Virus record (IMG/VR): IMGVR_UViG_3300033487_000006
Span: 1-51,364 of that record
Strand: one strand, 5' to 3'
Source of the DNA: a virus
Lineage: Duplodnaviria > Caudoviricetes
Length of the DNA: 51,364 bases
Of this stretch, positions 17,741 to 27,317 are shown one piece after another; the stretch's first letter is position 1, and every line of letters begins with the position of its first letter. Position numbers and translations under genes: made by a program. The notes under the pieces were generated by a model. It ran no database searches. It saw nothing but the letters and a program-made list of their open reading frames with translations, and had not been told where the DNA came from.

Positions 17741-19510
17741 TTGGAGACCTCACCGACCCCGACCCCGGCGGCGCTCGAGCGCGTCGCGATCCCGATCAAG
17801 CTCGGCATGATCCGGCCGAGCCACACCAACCCCCGGAAGACGTTCAACGAGCAGCGCCTGCAGGAGCTCGCCGTCTCGATCACCGAGCACGGCGTGCTCT
17901 CCCCGATCACCGTCCGCCAGCATCCGACGACGGAAGGGCACTTCGAGCTTGTCCTCGGCGAGCGGCGCGTGCGCGCGTGCGACCTCGCGGGGATCGACGA
18001 GGTCCCGGCGTTCGTCGAGGATCTCAGCGATCGCGAGGTCGCCGAGCGCCAGCTGATCGAGAACGACCAGCGCGAGGACGTGACGCCGCTCGAGGAGGGT
18101 GCCGCCTATGCGGCCCTGATCCGGGACCACGCGCACACCGTCGAGACCCTCACCGTCGCGATCGGCAAGAGCCGATCGCACGTCTACGGCCGGCTCAGGC
18201 TGACCGAGCTCGCGCCCGCGGTGCAGCGGCTGCTCCGCGAGGGCAAGATCGGCGTCGCGCTCGCCGACCTCGCGACCCGCATCGGGGACGCCGGACTTCA
18301 GGAGCGGTTCATCCGCGAGTGCCTGGGCGAGATGGACGATGACGTCCACAGCGCGATCGAGAGCGTCGGGATCGTGGCCGAGCTCGTGAGCGAGGACGGC
18401 CGCCCGTTTCCGCCGCGCGACGCCGCCCAGCCGCTCAGCACGCGGGCCGCGGCCGAGCTGCTCCGGCGGCGGTACAGCACGCGGCTCGCGCTCGCGAAGT
18501 TCCCGACCTCCGATCCGGGCCTGACGGCCGCCGGCTCGTGCATCGTGTGCCCGCACCGCAGCGGGAACCAGCCGGGGTTGCCGGGCGTGGGCGGCCGGGA
18601 CGAGGACCTGTGCCTCCGGCCCAGCTGCTACACCACCAAGACGCAGGCGGCCTGGTCGCGCGCGGCGGACGAGGCGCAGGCCCGCGGGGTGAAGGTCGTC
18701 GCCGCGGCGGCCGCGAAGCGCGTCTTCTCGCACGACGGCGTGACGGTGCTCCCCACGTCGCCCTACGTCGACCCGGAGCAGGATCTGCCGGCCGGGCTCG
18801 CACGCGCGGGCGTGAAGGCGACATGGGGCAAGCTGCTCGGCAAGCGCGCCGCCGATGTCCCGCGCGTGCTCGTCCAGGACGAGACCGGCGCGGCCCGCGA
18901 GCTCCTGGACCGCGACGCGGCGATCGCGCAGCTCGCCAAGCTCGGCAAGATCGACGCCCCGGAGCCGCCGCGCGCGAAGGCCTCGGAGGCGAGCTCGCCG
19001 GCGTCGTCCAAGCGCGTGGACGGCGGCGGGAGCGCTGGCGACGCCGAGGAGGACGAGGACTACCCGGCCCAGGCCGAGCTCCGGCGCAAGCTGATCGCTC
19101 GCCTGAGGGAGGACGTGATCACCGAGGCATCGAAGGGGCTCGCCGAGAAAAAGGAGATGGCGTGGTGGCGGTGGCTCATCGTGTGCCTGTTCGACGGGAT
19201 GCTCCTGGCCCCCGAGCATCCGCTCTTCACGATCTTCGCGATCGACAAGAAACAGGGAGCCCGACCGTGGGCGGAGCAGCTCGTCGACAAGGCGAAGACG
19301 ACCGACAGGGCGCGCGCCATCGTCACCGGGATCATGTTCTCGGAGGCGGTCGAGCGCGTCGATCTTGCCGCTCTCAACGTCGACGACGCCCAGCTCGCGA
19401 TCCTGAAGCTGCTCGGCATCGACGTCGCGAAGGTCGCGCTCGAAGTCACGGCCGCTGAGAAGGACGCGCGGATCCCGGCGCGCAAGCCGTCGAAGGGCGG
19501 CCGCTCGTGA
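17741..19510 (+). CDS. parB: ParB/Spo0J-family protein with long C-terminal extension
   Basis: NPRKTF...LAVSITEHGVLSPITVR...GERRVRA...IENDQREDV..LEE, then HTH. Confidence 0.9.
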   Translation: METSPTPTPAALERVAIPIKLGMIRPSHTNPRKTFNEQRLQELAVSITEHGVLSPITVRQHPTTEGHFELVLGERRVRACDLAGIDEVPAFVEDLSDREVAERQLIENDQREDVTPLEEGAAYAALIRDHAHTVETLTVAIGKSRSHVYGRLRLTELAPAVQRLLREGKIGVALADLATRIGDAGLQERFIRECLGEMDDDVHSAIESVGIVAELVSEDGRPFPPRDAAQPLSTRAAAELLRRRYSTRLALAKFPTSDPGLTAAGSCIVCPHRSGNQPGLPGVGGRDEDLCLRPSCYTTKTQAAWSRAADEAQARGVKVVAAAAAKRVFSHDGVTVLPTSPYVDPEQDLPAGLARAGVKATWGKLLGKRAADVPRVLVQDETGAARELLDRDAAIAQLAKLGKIDAPEPPRAKASEASSPASSKRVDGGGSAGDAEEDEDYPAQAELRRKLIARLREDVITEASKGLAEKKEMAWWRWLIVCLFDGMLLAPEHPLFTIFAIDKKQGARPWAEQLVDKAKTTDRARAIVTGIMFSEAVERVDLAALNVDDAQLAILKLLGIDVAKVALEVTAAEKDARIPARKPSKGGRS

Positions 19511-20196
19511 CCGCCGCCCGCTGCACGGAGTGCGGATGCACCGACGAGTGCCGGTGCACCGAGAGCGACGGCGCGCTCTGCATGTGGTCGCCGACCGAGG
19601 GCCTGTGCACCGCGTGCGAGCCCCGGGTCGCGGCGCAGGCGCTCGCCGAGACCATGGCCGAGGCGACGGTGGTCGGCGGCGATCGCGAGCCGTCCGCGAT
19701 CGACCAGCTCGCGCGCGAGGTCCTGACGCTCAGGGCCGAGCGCGACGCCGCGCGCGCCGATCTCGCGCGACTGGCCATCGATCGCGACGGATGGATGGAG
19801 GCAACGGCCATCAACGAGCGCCAGCTCGCGCAGGCGCAGGCTACCGGCGACCAGGTCGTCGCTGCGGCCGCGCGTACGCTCGCCCGCGAAGGCCGCTGGC
19901 GCGCCGCGGCGCTGCGGTTCTGGGCGGGGCGGACCGCCGCGATCGCCACGCTCACGGCGCAGGTTCGCGCGATCAAGGAGTCGGTGGGCGACCTCGGCGC
20001 GTTCCACCCGACCGACAGCCTGGTCGGCGCTCTCGTCGTGACCATCGATCGACAGGGCAAGATCGAAGTCGGCATGGGCGGCGACGACGGGCCGGCGGTG
20101 GCGCCGCTGCGCGGCCTGGCTGAAGTCGTGATGAAGGCGATCGAGAGCGTGCGCTCCCTGGCCGCGTCCGCTCGCCGGGAGGTCGCCCGTGGCTGA
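19507..20196 (+). CDS. Cys-rich N-terminus plus coiled-coil hypothetical protein
   Basis: CTECGCTDECRC...C.W.....LCTAC. Confidence 0.65.
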   Translation: MTAARCTECGCTDECRCTESDGALCMWSPTEGLCTACEPRVAAQALAETMAEATVVGGDREPSAIDQLAREVLTLRAERDAARADLARLAIDRDGWMEATAINERQLAQAQATGDQVVAAAARTLAREGRWRAAALRFWAGRTAAIATLTAQVRAIKESVGDLGAFHPTDSLVGALVVTIDRQGKIEVGMGGDDGPAVAPLRGLAEVVMKAIESVRSLAASARREVARG

Positions 20197-20443
20197 CCTG
20201 TCGCGCATCCTCAAGAGCGAGGACCCGAAGCTTCCCGGCTGGCGACTGCGCGTGTCCGCCGAGGACGACATCGAGATCGAGATCGTGGAGGAGATGGTCC
20301 ACCCCGAGCAGGTCGACAACCCCGAGGCGCGCCACGCGCGGCGCAACGCGAAGATGATCCTCGTGCGGCACGAGGCCGAGTGGCTGCGCGACACGCTGAC
20401 CGCGTGGCTCGCCGCCGCAGAACAGGAGCCGTCCCGTGGGTGA
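20189..20443 (+). CDS. Hypothetical protein
   Basis: GGAGG RBS; overlaps neighbours. Confidence 0.6.
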   Translation: MADLSRILKSEDPKLPGWRLRVSAEDDIEIEIVEEMVHPEQVDNPEARHARRNAKMILVRHEAEWLRDTLTAWLAAAEQEPSRG

Positions 20444-21263
20444 GAAGACCAACATCTCGTGGACCCACCACACCTTCAACCCGTGGTGGGGGTGCTGGAA
20501 GATCTCGCCGGAGTGCGAGAACTGCTACGCCGAGGCCTGGGATCACCGGCTCGGCGGCGAGCACTGGGGCCGCACGGCGCCGCGGCGCTTCTTCGGCGCC
20601 GCGCACTGGAAGGAGCCGCGGCGCTGGAACAAGGACGCCGAGCTCGCCGGCGAGCGGCGGCGGGTGTTCTGCGAGTCGATGGGCGACCTCTTCGAGCGGC
20701 ATCCGGTGCCCGAGACCGCGGCGCTCATGGACGAGGCGCGGGCGCGGCTGTGGCGGCTGATCAACGACACGCCTTGGCTCGACTGGCTGCTCCTGACGAA
20801 GCGGCCCGAGAACTTCGCGACGATGCTGCCGTGGGCGCTGGACGGCAGGCCGTGGCCCAACGTGTGGGCGGGAGTCACCGCGGGCGTGCGCTCGTCGCTG
20901 CCTCGCGTGGAGATCTTGCGCCGCACGCCCGCCGTCGCGCACTTCGTGTCGGGCGAGCCGCTCCTCGAGCACATCACGCGCGAGGACTGGGACCGCGCGC
21001 TCGATCCCGTGGCGGTCGGTGCGCTCTACGACATCGACCTGCTGATCATCGGCGACGAGAGCGGCTCGCGCCGGCGCCCGGCTCAGCTCGACTGGGTGCG
21101 CGACGCGCGCGACGCCGCCGAGCGCAACGGGGTCGCGTTCCACTTCAAGCAGTGGTGCGGCGTCGACGAGCCCGGCATCGAGGGCGAGCGCGTGAAGGGC
21201 AAGTACCACCTGCCGGTTCTCGACCGCCGGAAGCACGACGACATGCCGGAGGTCCGCCGATGA
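20436..21263 (+). CDS. DUF5131 / phage Gp37Gp68 radical-SAM-like protein
   Basis: TNISWTHHTFNPWWGCWKISPECENCYA, VFCESMGDLF, LLTKRPEN, SGEPLL, FHFKQW. Confidence 0.92.
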   Translation: MGEKTNISWTHHTFNPWWGCWKISPECENCYAEAWDHRLGGEHWGRTAPRRFFGAAHWKEPRRWNKDAELAGERRRVFCESMGDLFERHPVPETAALMDEARARLWRLINDTPWLDWLLLTKRPENFATMLPWALDGRPWPNVWAGVTAGVRSSLPRVEILRRTPAVAHFVSGEPLLEHITREDWDRALDPVAVGALYDIDLLIIGDESGSRRRPAQLDWVRDARDAAERNGVAFHFKQWCGVDEPGIEGERVKGKYHLPVLDRRKHDDMPEVRR

Positions 21264-21361
21264 TCGGCCGCGTCGTGCAGACCCTCACCGGCTGCGTGCT
21301 GTTCGCGGCGTTCTGCTGGTACATCCGGCCGCGGCGCCGGTTCCACCGGAGGCGGCGGTGA
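21260..21361 (+). CDS. 33-aa membrane peptide
   Basis: Hydrophobic core plus Arg-rich tail; coupled at both ends. Confidence 0.45.
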   Translation: MIGRVVQTLTGCVLFAAFCWYIRPRRRFHRRRR

Positions 21362-23148
21362 AGTTTCGCATCCTCCACTTCTTCGCCGGCATCGGCGGAT
21401 CCGCGCTCGGCGCCGGCGCGGCCTCGGCGCGCCTCGGCGATCACGAGGCGACGTTCGAGACCATCGGCGGGATCGAGCTGGACGCGGCCGCGTGCCGCGA
21501 CTTCGAGCGGCTGACCGGCGCCCCCGCGCTGTGCGTCGACGTGCACGAGCTCGAGCCAGCCGAGCTGCGCCGGTTTTGCGGCCGCGCGCGCCCCGACGCC
21601 GTGATGCTGAGCCCGCCGTGCAAGGGCTTCTCGGGGCTGCTCTCGGCGAAGCGGGCCGCCGAGCCGCACTACCAGCGCATGAACACGCTGATGCTGCGCG
21701 CCCTGTTCCTGATCGCCGAGACGTGGCCCGATCGCCCGCCGCTGATCTTCGTCGAGAACGTGCCGCGGATCGGCTCGCGAGGGAAGGACATCGTGCGGCA
21801 GTCGATCGCGCTGCTCGAGTCCGCGGGCTACGCGGTCGCCACGGGGAGCCACGACTGCGGCGAGCTCGGCGGTCTCGCCCAGCACCGGCGCCGCTGGTTC
21901 CTCCTGGCGCGGCACCTGCGGGAGCTGCCGCAGATCGTGTACCAGCCGGCGAAGCTCCGCGTGCGCGCGTGCGGCGAGGTGATCGGCCCGCTGCCCATGC
22001 CCGGCGACGTCGGGCTCGGAGGGCCGATGCACAGCGTGCCGCGGCTGTCGTGGCGCAACTGGGTCCGGCTCGCGCTGATCCCGGCCGGCGGGGACTGGCG
22101 CGACCTGCCCGGCGTGCTCGCGGACGGCGAGCGGCGCCGCGAGAAGTTCCGGCGCGCGCCCGTCACCGCGTGGGACGCGACGGCCGAGACCGTCACCGGG
22201 CCGGGCGGTAGTGCGTCGGCCGCCGTCGCCGACCCGCGGTTCACGAACATCATGCAGGTGGCCGCTTGGGACGATCCCGCGCGCACCGTGATCGGCGCGT
22301 CCCGGGTGGGCAGCGGCGCTCCGAGCGTCGCGGACCCGCGACTCGCGGAGGTCCTCGGCCTGGGCGACAACGAGGCGCGCCACCGGCACAAGCTCGGCGT
22401 GCTCGGCTGGGATCAGACCGCGCGCACGGTCACGTCGACCCCGACCGTGGGCGGCGGCGCGCCCGCCGTGGCCGATCCGCGGTGGGGCGGCGGCCGGCTC
22501 GGCGTCACGCCATGGGACGAAGCGGCCGGCACCGTCGCCGGCGAGTCGCTGCCGAACAACGGTCGCTACTCCGTCGCCGATCCGCGCTTCGACGAGGGCC
22601 GCCGGAAGAACTGGCAGCGCGTCGCTGGCGTCACGCCGTGGGATGCGGCGGCGCCGACCGTCACGAGCGGCGCGAAGATCCACGCCGGCGCGTTCCAGGT
22701 CGCCGACCCTCGGCTCGGCTGCGCGCCGCGCGCGGGCGCCTACCGCGTGCTCCGATGGGACGAGGCCGCCGCGACGATCACCGGATCGATCGCGATCGAC
22801 AACGGCGCCGCGGCCGTCGCGGACCCCAGGCTCGACCCCGACAAGCCGCCGCCGTTCACGCCGGTGATCGTCGCCGCCGACGGGACGTGGCACCGGCCGC
22901 TGACCACCCTCGAGCTCGCCGCGCTGCAGGGGTTCCCGGTCACGATCGGCGGCGCGCCGCTCGTCCTCGACGGCACGAGCCACACGCGGTGGCGCGAGGC
23001 GATCGGCAACGCCGTCCCGCCGCCGGCGGCGCACGCGATCGGCGAGCAGCTCCTGCGCGCGCTGCTGATCGCGAAGCTCGGCGCGTTCGCCCTCGACGGC
23101 CAGCATGAGGTGTGGGTCGACCAGGAGCGGAGGGCGCTGGTCGTATGA
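21358..23148 (+). CDS. DNA (cytosine-5) methyltransferase with six internal repeats
   Basis: FAGIGG, SPPCKGFS, ENV, QHRRR, IGNAVP. Confidence 0.93.
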   Translation: MKFRILHFFAGIGGSALGAGAASARLGDHEATFETIGGIELDAAACRDFERLTGAPALCVDVHELEPAELRRFCGRARPDAVMLSPPCKGFSGLLSAKRAAEPHYQRMNTLMLRALFLIAETWPDRPPLIFVENVPRIGSRGKDIVRQSIALLESAGYAVATGSHDCGELGGLAQHRRRWFLLARHLRELPQIVYQPAKLRVRACGEVIGPLPMPGDVGLGGPMHSVPRLSWRNWVRLALIPAGGDWRDLPGVLADGERRREKFRRAPVTAWDATAETVTGPGGSASAAVADPRFTNIMQVAAWDDPARTVIGASRVGSGAPSVADPRLAEVLGLGDNEARHRHKLGVLGWDQTARTVTSTPTVGGGAPAVADPRWGGGRLGVTPWDEAAGTVAGESLPNNGRYSVADPRFDEGRRKNWQRVAGVTPWDAAAPTVTSGAKIHAGAFQVADPRLGCAPRAGAYRVLRWDEAAATITGSIAIDNGAAAVADPRLDPDKPPPFTPVIVAADGTWHRPLTTLELAALQGFPVTIGGAPLVLDGTSHTRWREAIGNAVPPPAAHAIGEQLLRALLIAKLGAFALDGQHEVWVDQERRALVV

Positions 23149-23321
23149 CCTCGCCCGACGACCTCGCCCGGCGCCGCGCGCGCATCCAGCGCCTGGCTGC
23201 GAAGCGCCCCGAGGGCCTCACGATCGAGGTGACGCACGCGCCGGAGCCGGGCGCGCTCGAGCGCCTGGCCGACGTCCTAGCCGAGCTGCTGGACGCGCGG
23301 CGCCGCTCCGGACGAAGGTGA
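23145..23321 (+). CDS. 58-aa protein coupled to integrase (RDF candidate)
   Basis: ATGA/GTGA coupling; function inferred from position only. Confidence 0.5.
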   Translation: MTSPDDLARRRARIQRLAAKRPEGLTIEVTHAPEPGALERLADVLAELLDARRRSGRR

Positions 23322-24892
23322 TCGCCGTGCCCGCCGTCCGTGCCGCCCTGTACGCACGTGTTTCGAGCGCCGCGCAGCGCGACGCCCACACGATCGAGAA
23401 CCAGCTCCGCGCGCTGCCGGCGTTCGCCGCGGCGCAGGGCTGGACGGTCACCGAGACATACGTCGACGACGGCCGCTCCGCGAAGGCTGGCCAGCTCGAG
23501 CGCCGCGAGGGGTTCGCGCGCCTGGTCCGCGACGCCGAGGCGCGCCGCTTCGACGTGCTCGTCGTCGCCGACGTCGACCGGCTCACGCGCACCGACAGCC
23601 TCGAAGAGCGCGCACGGATTCTCGGCCCGTTCCAGCGCCTGGGGATCCGGATCGTCACGCCCGCCGGAGGCGAGCTCGACCTGCGGACCCTGGTCGGCGA
23701 GCTCTACGTCACGCTGCAGGCGATCGTCGCCGCCGAGGAGAATCGCAAGCGCGCCGAGCGCGTGAAGGCCGGCAAGGCGCGCGCGATCGCCGAGGGCCGC
23801 AAGCCGGCCGGGCCGACGCCCTACGGCCTGGCCTACGCGCGCGCGGCCGGCGCCTGGTCGATCGAGCCCGCGCGCGCGGCGATCGTCCGCGAGATCTTCG
23901 CCCGGGTGATCGCCGGCGAGAGCTGCATGGTGATCGCCGACGACCTGCACGCCCGCGGCGCGCCGCCGCCGCGCGGGCCCTGGACGCGGCACAAGGTGTG
24001 GCAGCTCGCGAGGTCGCCGCACGCGATGGGCCGGTGGGCGGCCGACAAGCGCCGGCGGCTCGTGATCGACGTCCCCCCGATCGTAGACGAGGCGACGTGG
24101 CACGCGGCGCAAGCGAAGCTGATCGAGCACGGCAAGCGCGGGCTCCGGCGCACGCGGCACGTCTACCTGCTCGAGGGCCTGGCCGTGTGCGGCCGGTGCG
24201 GCTCGCCGATCGCGATCCGGTCCGCGGCCCTCGGCGGCTCGCCGGCCGCGTACGTCTGCCGCGCCCGCAAGCTCGCGCGCCGCGGCGAGGCGCGCTGCTC
24301 GGCCCCGATCGTGCCGGTCGCCGACCTGGACGGCCGGCTGTGGGCGCGGCTCGCGGAGGTGCTGGAGGATCCGCAGCTCGCGGACCTGGTCCAGCGCAGG
24401 AGCGGCGAGCTCGCCGCCGACCGCCGCGGGTGGCACGAGGACGTGGCCGGCTACCGCGCCGAGCTGGCGCGGCTCGGCCGGGCCTCGGCCGGGGTGCTGC
24501 GCCGCCTGAGCCGCGAGCTGGTGCCGGAGGAGGTCGGCGAGGCCGAGCTCGCCGCGATCGCGCGCCAGCGGGCCGCGGTCGCCGCGCAGCTACAGGCGGC
24601 CGAGCGGGCGGCGGACGGCCCGGACGAGCTCGAGCGCGCGCCTACGGCGTGGCTGGAGGCGATCCGCGAGCTGGCCGGAGACGGGACGCCGACCGAGCGT
24701 CAGCGCGTCGTACGCGAGCTCCTGCAGCCCGGGGCGGTGATCGACGGGACCGACGTCCGGCTCACGCTGCGGGTGCCAGTGGGAGCGTCTCGCGGCGCCG
24801 GCGGCGGGAGCGCGGGAGCCCCGTCTCTCGCGGTGGCTCCTGGTTGCAGGATGCACCACGAGAACGGGCTGCGGATCCGCCTGGTTGCGTGA
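23318..24892 (+). CDS. Large serine recombinase (integrase)
   Basis: ALYARVSS..Q, DDGRS, DVDRLTR, PYG, LLEGLAVCGRCG...YVC...C zinc ribbon, coiled coil. Confidence 0.95.
   Translation: MIAVPAVRAALYARVSSAAQRDAHTIENQLRALPAFAAAQGWTVTETYVDDGRSAKAGQLERREGFARLVRDAEARRFDVLVVADVDRLTRTDSLEERARILGPFQRLGIRIVTPAGGELDLRTLVGELYVTLQAIVAAEENRKRAERVKAGKARAIAEGRKPAGPTPYGLAYARAAGAWSIEPARAAIVREIFARVIAGESCMVIADDLHARGAPPPRGPWTRHKVWQLARSPHAMGRWAADKRRRLVIDVPPIVDEATWHAAQAKLIEHGKRGLRRTRHVYLLEGLAVCGRCGSPIAIRSAALGGSPAAYVCRARKLARRGEARCSAPIVPVADLDGRLWARLAEVLEDPQLADLVQRRSGELAADRRGWHEDVAGYRAELARLGRASAGVLRRLSRELVPEEVGEAELAAIARQRAAVAAQLQAAERAADGPDELERAPTAWLEAIRELAGDGTPTERQRVVRELLQPGAVIDGTDVRLTLRVPVGASRGAGGGSAGAPSLAVAPGCRMHHENGLRIRLVA
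24818..24870. other. Putative attP inside integrase 3' end
   Basis: Imperfect inverted repeat (14/17 inner arm match) centred on TT at 24844-24845. Confidence 0.65.
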
Positions 24893-25046
24893 GCTGGCCA
24901 GCAGCGGCTCCCCGGCCGAGACAGGCTGATCGCCGGGAAACTTTTCGAGCGCTCTTTTGGTGAGGTAGCCGACACAGGCGACCTATCAGCGCGTCGTTGC
25001 TTTGGATTTTGATGCGGATGGCTGGGAAATCCGCCTGGTTGCGTGA
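24875..25046 (+). repeat. 18-bp direct repeat ATCCGCCTGGTTGCGTGA (24875-24892 and 25029-25046)
   Basis: Two exact copies 136 bp apart. Confidence 0.9.
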
Positions 25047-25102
25047 CCGGGCCGGCGGGAGCGGCAGCCGTTCGGCGATCCCGAACAGCTCGCCGATGCG
25101 GC

Positions 25103-26068
25103 CTACTCGCTTCCGAGATCGAACGTCCGCCCGCCGAACCGCTCGGTCCGGACCCGGGCCCAGGCGTCGCGCAGCCCGGCCACGCCAGCGGGCCCGGCGG
25201 TGAGCCCCTGGCGCCGCTTGATCAGGTCGGCGACGACCCGCTCGGCCGCGCAGCCGGTCACCTCGGGCCCGAGGTCGGCGACCAACTTGGCCATCTCGCC
25301 GCCGAACGCCGCCGCATCGATGGTGCCGTCGTCCCGGGTGCAGGCGGTCAGGCTCTGCAGCACGCGCGGCACGAGCTCGGCGGCCCGGTCCCGGAGCGTG
25401 TCCGCGGTGCAGGCGACCACGATCCCGGCGGTGTCGCGCGCGCGGCGGCTGGCCCCGGCGCAGGACCAGGCGAGCAGCCCGCCGATGACCGCGAGGACAG
25501 CCAGGGCGAGCCCCGGCAACAGCTCGACGGTGCCGAGCTCGGCGGCGCGGCGCTGGTCGGACGGCCGCCGGGCGGGCGCCGGATCAAGCAGCGCCAGGGC
25601 CGCGCCGATCGCGGCCGCGCCGGCGGCGAACCACGAGCCGCCGAGCGCCAGCGCGTCGAACGCCGCGCCGGCCACGATGCCCGCGCCGATCACGACGAGC
25701 CCGGCACGGCCGCCCATCCAGGCCAGGGAGCGCGAGCTCGGCCAGCGCGTGCGGGCCTTGCCGAGCCCGCGGGACACGAGGATCAGGACGACGAGCGCGA
25801 GGAGCGGCCAGCCCTGGCGGCGCGCGGCGACGGCGTCGTCGATCGCGCCGGCCGGGTCGGTGAGCGGGTCGTGCAGTCGATCGGAGGGGCGCGGCGCGGT
25901 GGGGTCGACCGTCGCGGGGGCGGGCGGCGGCGAGGTCAGCTCGACGGGCGCTGGATCGGCGCTGGCGATGCCGGCGGTCGGGATGCAGCTGATCGCGTAC
26001 GCCAGCATGGCAGCGGCGAGCAGGACGAGCAGTGGGGTCAGGACGGGGCGGGGGCGGGTGCGGGTCAT
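25103..26068 (-). CDS. Multi-pass membrane protein (possible lysis protein)
   Basis: N-terminal signal/TM, about 4 more hydrophobic segments, internal LLAWSC lipobox-like motif; end of late operon. Confidence 0.65.
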   Translation of the reverse strand: MTRTRPRPVLTPLLVLLAAAMLAYAISCIPTAGIASADPAPVELTSPPPAPATVDPTAPRPSDRLHDPLTDPAGAIDDAVAARRQGWPLLALVVLILVSRGLGKARTRWPSSRSLAWMGGRAGLVVIGAGIVAGAAFDALALGGSWFAAGAAAIGAALALLDPAPARRPSDQRRAAELGTVELLPGLALAVLAVIGGLLAWSCAGASRRARDTAGIVVACTADTLRDRAAELVPRVLQSLTACTRDDGTIDAAAFGGEMAKLVADLGPEVTGCAAERVVADLIKRRQGLTAGPAGVAGLRDAWARVRTERFGGRTFDLGSE

Positions 26069-26466
26069 GGTGCGGGTTCCTTTCGCGCCGGTGGTGCAGC
26101 GGGCGCCGCCGGCGTCGGCGCGTAGGTGACGGGGCGGTCGTCGGCCTGCAGGCGGTACAGCGCCGGGGCGAGCGCCTCGAGCAGCCCGAGGCGACGCTCG
26201 ATCTCCTGGCGCCGCGCGCGCTCGTAGCCGGCCGCCTCGCGGGCGTTGAGCGCCCAGATCAGCACGGCCCCGAGCGACGTCGCGACGCCGCCGAGGAGCG
26301 CCAGGAGGCTCCGGCGTACTGCGGACGCGGACCGCTCGAGCTGGGCGACGCGATCCTCGACGGTGCCGATCGGCGCGTCCGAGCTGCGCGAGCGTTGCCG
26401 CGTCGGCAGGAACAGCGGCGCGCGCGAGCCGCGCTGCGGCGTCGGCATGTCGTCGATCGCGCTCAC
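26065..26466 (-). CDS. Single-pass membrane protein (holin/antiholin-like)
   Basis: Coiled coil-TM-coiled coil layout. Confidence 0.55.
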   Translation of the reverse strand: MSAIDDMPTPQRGSRAPLFLPTRQRSRSSDAPIGTVEDRVAQLERSASAVRRSLLALLGGVATSLGAVLIWALNAREAAGYERARRQEIERRLGLLEALAPALYRLQADDRPVTYAPTPAAPAAPPARKEPAP

Positions 26467-26472
26467 GGGCTG

Positions 26473-27078
26473 CTACCGAGCCTGCTCCGTGATGTGCGTG
26501 ATCGCGAACGTGCCCGAGCCGCTCGTCGCGATCTGGTAGTAGTGCCCGGCCGGCACCTCGTAGGTCAGCACCCACGGCATCGTGCCGGTGTCGCCCACGG
26601 TGATCCCCACCGAGACGCCGCGCGCGCATGACGCGATCCCCTGCACCGTCGTCGGCGTCGAGGAGCCGTCGCTCTGCAGCGTTGCCGTCCCGGCTTGCGA
26701 ACCGATCGCGCTCAGGGACCACGCCCACGTGCCGTACACGGTGACGCAGGTGGGCCGGCTCGCGTTCGGCTGGCGCGGCGTGTTCAGCGCGAGCGTCGGG
26801 TGCGTCCCGGCGGCGGGCACCGCGCAGCGGTCGCCGATCGCCGCCTCGACGGCCGGGTCGACCCCGCTCGCCTCCTGCCAGGTTCCCACCGCGGTCCCCT
26901 GGGCGACCTCGCCGATGTACATCGCGGGCACGTCGCCGGGGACGCCGGGCCACCACTCGTCACCCGTCGCGAACGCGACGAGGTTGACCGTGGTGCCGTC
27001 CACGATCTTGGTGATGCGCGCGGAGCGGTAGTCGCTCTCTGCGAGCCGGTAGACGATGCGCTGTCCGACGTGGGCCAT
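26473..27078 (-). CDS. Putative virion beta-rich protein
   Basis: GGAGG RBS; VGQRIVY..ARITKI..TVNL.AF N-domain; VPAGHYYQI C-terminus seen in fibre tips. Confidence 0.6.
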   Translation of the reverse strand: MAHVGQRIVYRLAESDYRSARITKIVDGTTVNLVAFATGDEWWPGVPGDVPAMYIGEVAQGTAVGTWQEASGVDPAVEAAIGDRCAVPAAGTHPTLALNTPRQPNASRPTCVTVYGTWAWSLSAIGSQAGTATLQSDGSSTPTTVQGIASCARGVSVGITVGDTGTMPWVLTYEVPAGHYYQIATSGSGTFAITHITEQAR

Positions 27079-27092
27079 GGCCGCCTCCGTTG

Positions 27093-27317
27093 CTAGATGA
27101 CGATGAGCTCGAAGTCGGTCGCGAACGTGGCGGCCGAGACGGCGCGGAGGGTGCCGTCGTCCTCCCACAGCACGACGTAATCGCCCGGTGAGACCGAGAG
27201 TCGACTGGCGCAGATCGCGCTGACTGGCGTCGGCGGATTGGGCATCGGGCCGGCGTAGCAGGTGCGGCCGCTGTCGGGCCCGGCGGCGGTGCAGGTGTAG
27301 CGGCTCATCGGGTCCAT
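27093..27317 (-). CDS. Small hypothetical protein
   Basis: TAATG coupling; PGDYVV...F...FE motif. Confidence 0.6.
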   Translation of the reverse strand: MDPMSRYTCTAAGPDSGRTCYAGPMPNPPTPVSAICASRLSVSPGDYVVLWEDDGTLRAVSAATFATDFELIVI

